Positions 61,169 to 64,000 of a stretch of 64,000 nt of DNA are shown here, piece by piece. The DNA is taken from IMG/VR virus record IMGVR_UViG_3300044797_000098, positions 1 through 64,000 of that record. One strand, given 5' to 3'. The position numbers were made by a program, and so were the translations under genes. Positions within the stretch are counted from its first letter, which is position 1, and every line of letters begins with the position of its first letter. The notes under the pieces were generated by a model that was given only the letters and a program-made list of their open reading frames with translations, had not been told where the DNA came from and made no database searches.

Positions 61169-64000
61169 ATGACGACACAATTTGTGATGCGCGCTTTTAA
61201 AACAACCGTTCCTACGGGTCATGTTTATTGGGCAGTTTTAAACACGCCAGATTACACTGGCGCTGAATCTGGCTACAATCCAGCAGATCTAACTAATATA
61301 GTAGTAGATTATTCATTCGAAGTTCCTATAAATGGTTCAGGTGGGGCAATACCACCCGGATTAGCAGGAGGAGATCTTACTGGCACATATCCAGATCCAA
61401 GTGTTGCAAAAATAGCAGGAACACCAGTATCGACAACTACACCAACCAACGGTCAAGTACTTACATATGTTTCCGCAGATGGAAAATGGGAACCACAACC
61501 ATCTGTTGCTGGTGGAGGTCCTGCCGGTGGTGATTTATCGGGGACCTATCCTGATCCAACCGTATCAAAAATACATGCAGCAACCGTTCCAGCAGCCGGA
61601 AGTCTTACACCTGGCAATGTACTTCAAGTAAGTGGCGCATCAGCATTATCCTATGGTCCAGTTAATTTAGCAGGCGGTCCAGCATTTGTGTCTGGACAAT
61701 TGCCGACAGGTAATCAAGTTCCGCAGACAGTAGGTGGAGACTTGTCTGGAACAACAGCAAGCGCTACCGTGGCAAAATTAGATGGATATGTGCTATCTGC
61801 ACCAAACCCTCAGATAGGACAGTTCTTAGAATTTAATGGAAGTACTTGGTCACCAACAACAATTTCGTCATCATTTCCGCCAAGCGGAGCTGCCGGTGGA
61901 GATCTTGGTGGAACGTATCCTAATCCAAATGTAGTGAAATTACAAGGCAGACCAGTAGCATCAACTACCCCACAAAACGGTTATGTTCTAACTTGGAATA
62001 CAACAAATAGTGATTGGGAACCAACGAGGACATTTGCTTTTGAGGTTCAACCAAATCCTTCATGGTCTCAGACAATTTGGTATATTGATCCACAGAGCAC
62101 ATTTGGCGGTAATGACGCTAATGATGGACTGACTGCCAGCACACCAGTAAAAACCTGGGCACAAGTTATTTTACGATTTGGAACTTATTCTCCGCTATTA
62201 AATCAAAATACCACATTTATATTTTTATCTAATCATACAGATAATAGTGATCCTGTTATATTTACGCCATATCTTGGTGGCAATGGAATCAATGTTGTAA
62301 TAACAGGTGTATTGAATTCATCTAATCAAGTTTCAACCGGTGCATTTTCTGGATTGATCGCAAAAAATCGTAATACTGGGACATTACTGACCACAACATT
62401 AACGAATGCGCCAGTTTCTGGATGGTTCGTGCATGACACAACTAATGATGGTTATTGCTGGGTATACAAAAACCCCAGTTCAAATGTTGCCGTTTTATCT
62501 CAACCAATGGAATCTTCGGTTAGTGCTATTGGAATTGGTAATGCTTTCCCGTCAGAAATTAATAATACCGATGGTTATGATATCTACATAGCTTATGAAC
62601 CTGTACACGTTAATATTACACAAATTACAACTCAATCTTCTGCTTCAGAAGAAAGTTATACTGCTGGTAGAGTAATCATACAAAATCTAGTTATTTTTGA
62701 TCCTGGTAGTGATGATAATGATAGTGTCATACTTGGAAATTATGTAGCCCTTGTAGAAACAAGAATAGATAGATATTCCGTAATATATCAAACTGAATTA
62801 TCAAGCGAGCTTCCAATTTTAAATTGTTTCATAGGAAATGCCGTAATAAGTGCGACAGCACTATTGCAAGGTGGTATCTTAGGAAGAGCATACGATGCAG
62901 TTGCAGTAGAAATAACTCAGGGGTTTTATCCACAACTTGATGCAGATATTATATTAGCATATGATTTAGTTGCACTTTGTAATCTATATGTAGGATATTA
63001 TTATATTGAGCAGGGCGCAAATCTATTTGCATACCCTACAAGTAAGATAGAATGTATTGATTCATATGTTGATGGCTATGGAGCTGTGTGGGGGCCAGGT
63101 AATATAAATGTTGAATCTATTTACAGATACAATAATCCAATAGATAATACAGCAGTAGGATATTTTAAAAATACCGGTGGTATTACAATAAACAGTAAAT
63201 CAACAGCATATTCTTTTGACCCAAGCGGCAATGGTATATGGCGAAACAGAATACCAATTACTCCAGCACAATTGGATGCGTCATTATCAAGTGGTGGCTT
63301 TGCTGGGACAGCATCGATACCTGGCGGCGGAATAATTACTGCTTTTGGTAATGATGCACACGGATATAACTATGCTCCAAACGATGCATTAATGGTATCC
63401 AATTGGTGCATAGATCCACAATTCGGTAATGATTCGAATGATGGCAAAACATCCTTAACTCCAATTCGTACTTGGGCAGAGTTAGTTAGACGATGGGGAA
63501 CATCATCTCCAGTATTCAATGTACCGGTTATAATTACTTTCTTATCTGATCAGCTAACCAATACCGATCCGGTATATCTTAATCCTGCTTTCGGTGTAAA
63601 TGGCAGTCTAACTTTAATAGGTACACTACAACATCAATTTAATGTCAACTTAACTGGCGTTATACCTAAAAATCCTTCTGCCACTGGACCTAATCCAGCC
63701 GGTTTATTGCAAGCTAATTTAACAACCGCTGCCGATGGTTATGCCGGGTATTTGCTAATCAATAATACTCAGGGCGGAGCCGTTTGCTGGATTGATAGTA
63801 TCTCAAGTGGAATGGCAGTGTTGACCAATCCATACGTTCCTAATTACCCAACATATAATGCTTTACCTAATCAGGTCAATACCTTTACCAATGGTGATGC
63901 GATTTCCATTTATCAGCCCACCAAGATTTATGTCAGCGGATTTACCCAAGGTATTGGCGCTGGAACTATTCTTTTCGTTCATTTGTGGTTAGTTGATCCA
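61169..64000 (+). CDS. Large tail-fibre / virion structural protein, 3' end beyond the window (absent from ORF track)
   Basis: Open from ATG 61169 to the window end (944 codons, translated by hand); four (A)GGDL.GTYP.P-type repeats and two W.IDPQ...GND.NDG.T..TP..TWA domains. Confidence 0.85.
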   Translation, partial: MTTQFVMRAFKTTVPTGHVYWAVLNTPDYTGAESGYNPADLTNIVVDYSFEVPINGSGGAIPPGLAGGDLTGTYPDPSVAKIAGTPVSTTTPTNGQVLTYVSADGKWEPQPSVAGGGPAGGDLSGTYPDPTVSKIHAATVPAAGSLTPGNVLQVSGASALSYGPVNLAGGPAFVSGQLPTGNQVPQTVGGDLSGTTASATVAKLDGYVLSAPNPQIGQFLEFNGSTWSPTTISSSFPPSGAAGGDLGGTYPNPNVVKLQGRPVASTTPQNGYVLTWNTTNSDWEPTRTFAFEVQPNPSWSQTIWYIDPQSTFGGNDANDGLTASTPVKTWAQVILRFGTYSPLLNQNTTFIFLSNHTDNSDPVIFTPYLGGNGINVVITGVLNSSNQVSTGAFSGLIAKNRNTGTLLTTTLTNAPVSGWFVHDTTNDGYCWVYKNPSSNVAVLSQPMESSVSAIGIGNAFPSEINNTDGYDIYIAYEPVHVNITQITTQSSASEESYTAGRVIIQNLVIFDPGSDDNDSVILGNYVALVETRIDRYSVIYQTELSSELPILNCFIGNAVISATALLQGGILGRAYDAVAVEITQGFYPQLDADIILAYDLVALCNLYVGYYYIEQGANLFAYPTSKIECIDSYVDGYGAVWGPGNINVESIYRYNNPIDNTAVGYFKNTGGITINSKSTAYSFDPSGNGIWRNRIPITPAQLDASLSSGGFAGTASIPGGGIITAFGNDAHGYNYAPNDALMVSNWCIDPQFGNDSNDGKTSLTPIRTWAELVRRWGTSSPVFNVPVIITFLSDQLTNTDPVYLNPAFGVNGSLTLIGTLQHQFNVNLTGVIPKNPSATGPNPAGLLQANLTTAADGYAGYLLINNTQGGAVCWIDSISSGMAVLTNPYVPNYPTYNALPNQVNTFTNGDAISIYQPTKIYVSGFTQGIGAGTILFVHLWLVDP

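Noticed and set aside
1-64000. Stop-codon reassignment, as seen in some huge phages
   Set aside because: Recognisable genes are full length in the standard code and end with TAA, TAG and TGA

Overview
Fragment of a jumbo ('huge') phage genome, made of two very different parts. The left ~46.7 kb is a dense array of small, mostly hypothetical genes on the minus strand, with GC rising to about 50-55% toward its start; it looks like an early or host-takeover region. It carries three solo TnpB elements, a tRNA-Lys, a restriction-modification-like cassette, envelope and lipoprotein genes, and a type V CRISPR module. That module is a Cas12m-like (V-M/V-U1) effector with an intact D-E-D RuvC triad plus a mini-array. 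Behind the three ordinary spacers sits a repeat variant with compensatory stem changes. Its guide matches 11 nt of the cas12 gene's own promoter next to a TTG PAM, consistent with RNA-guided autorepression. A further degenerate repeat has its own promoter and sits in the 5' UTR of the next gene. The first early transcripts start with type II hammerhead ribozymes: two are canonical (one has a Shine-Dalgarno in its core) and one is interrupted by a 47-nt insert. A 24-nt frame-preserving hairpin element has inserted at four ACTWC sites. After a ~1.8 kb non-coding junction (a structured RNA candidate plus a purine-skewed tract), the sequence becomes AT-rich. It then encodes HNH nucleases, small-protein families, nucleotide metabolism genes (dUTPase, HD nucleotidase, GMP reductase/IMPDH, ThyX), IF-1 and the start of a large tail-fibre-like protein. 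All calls are from reading the sequence by eye; no database search was run.
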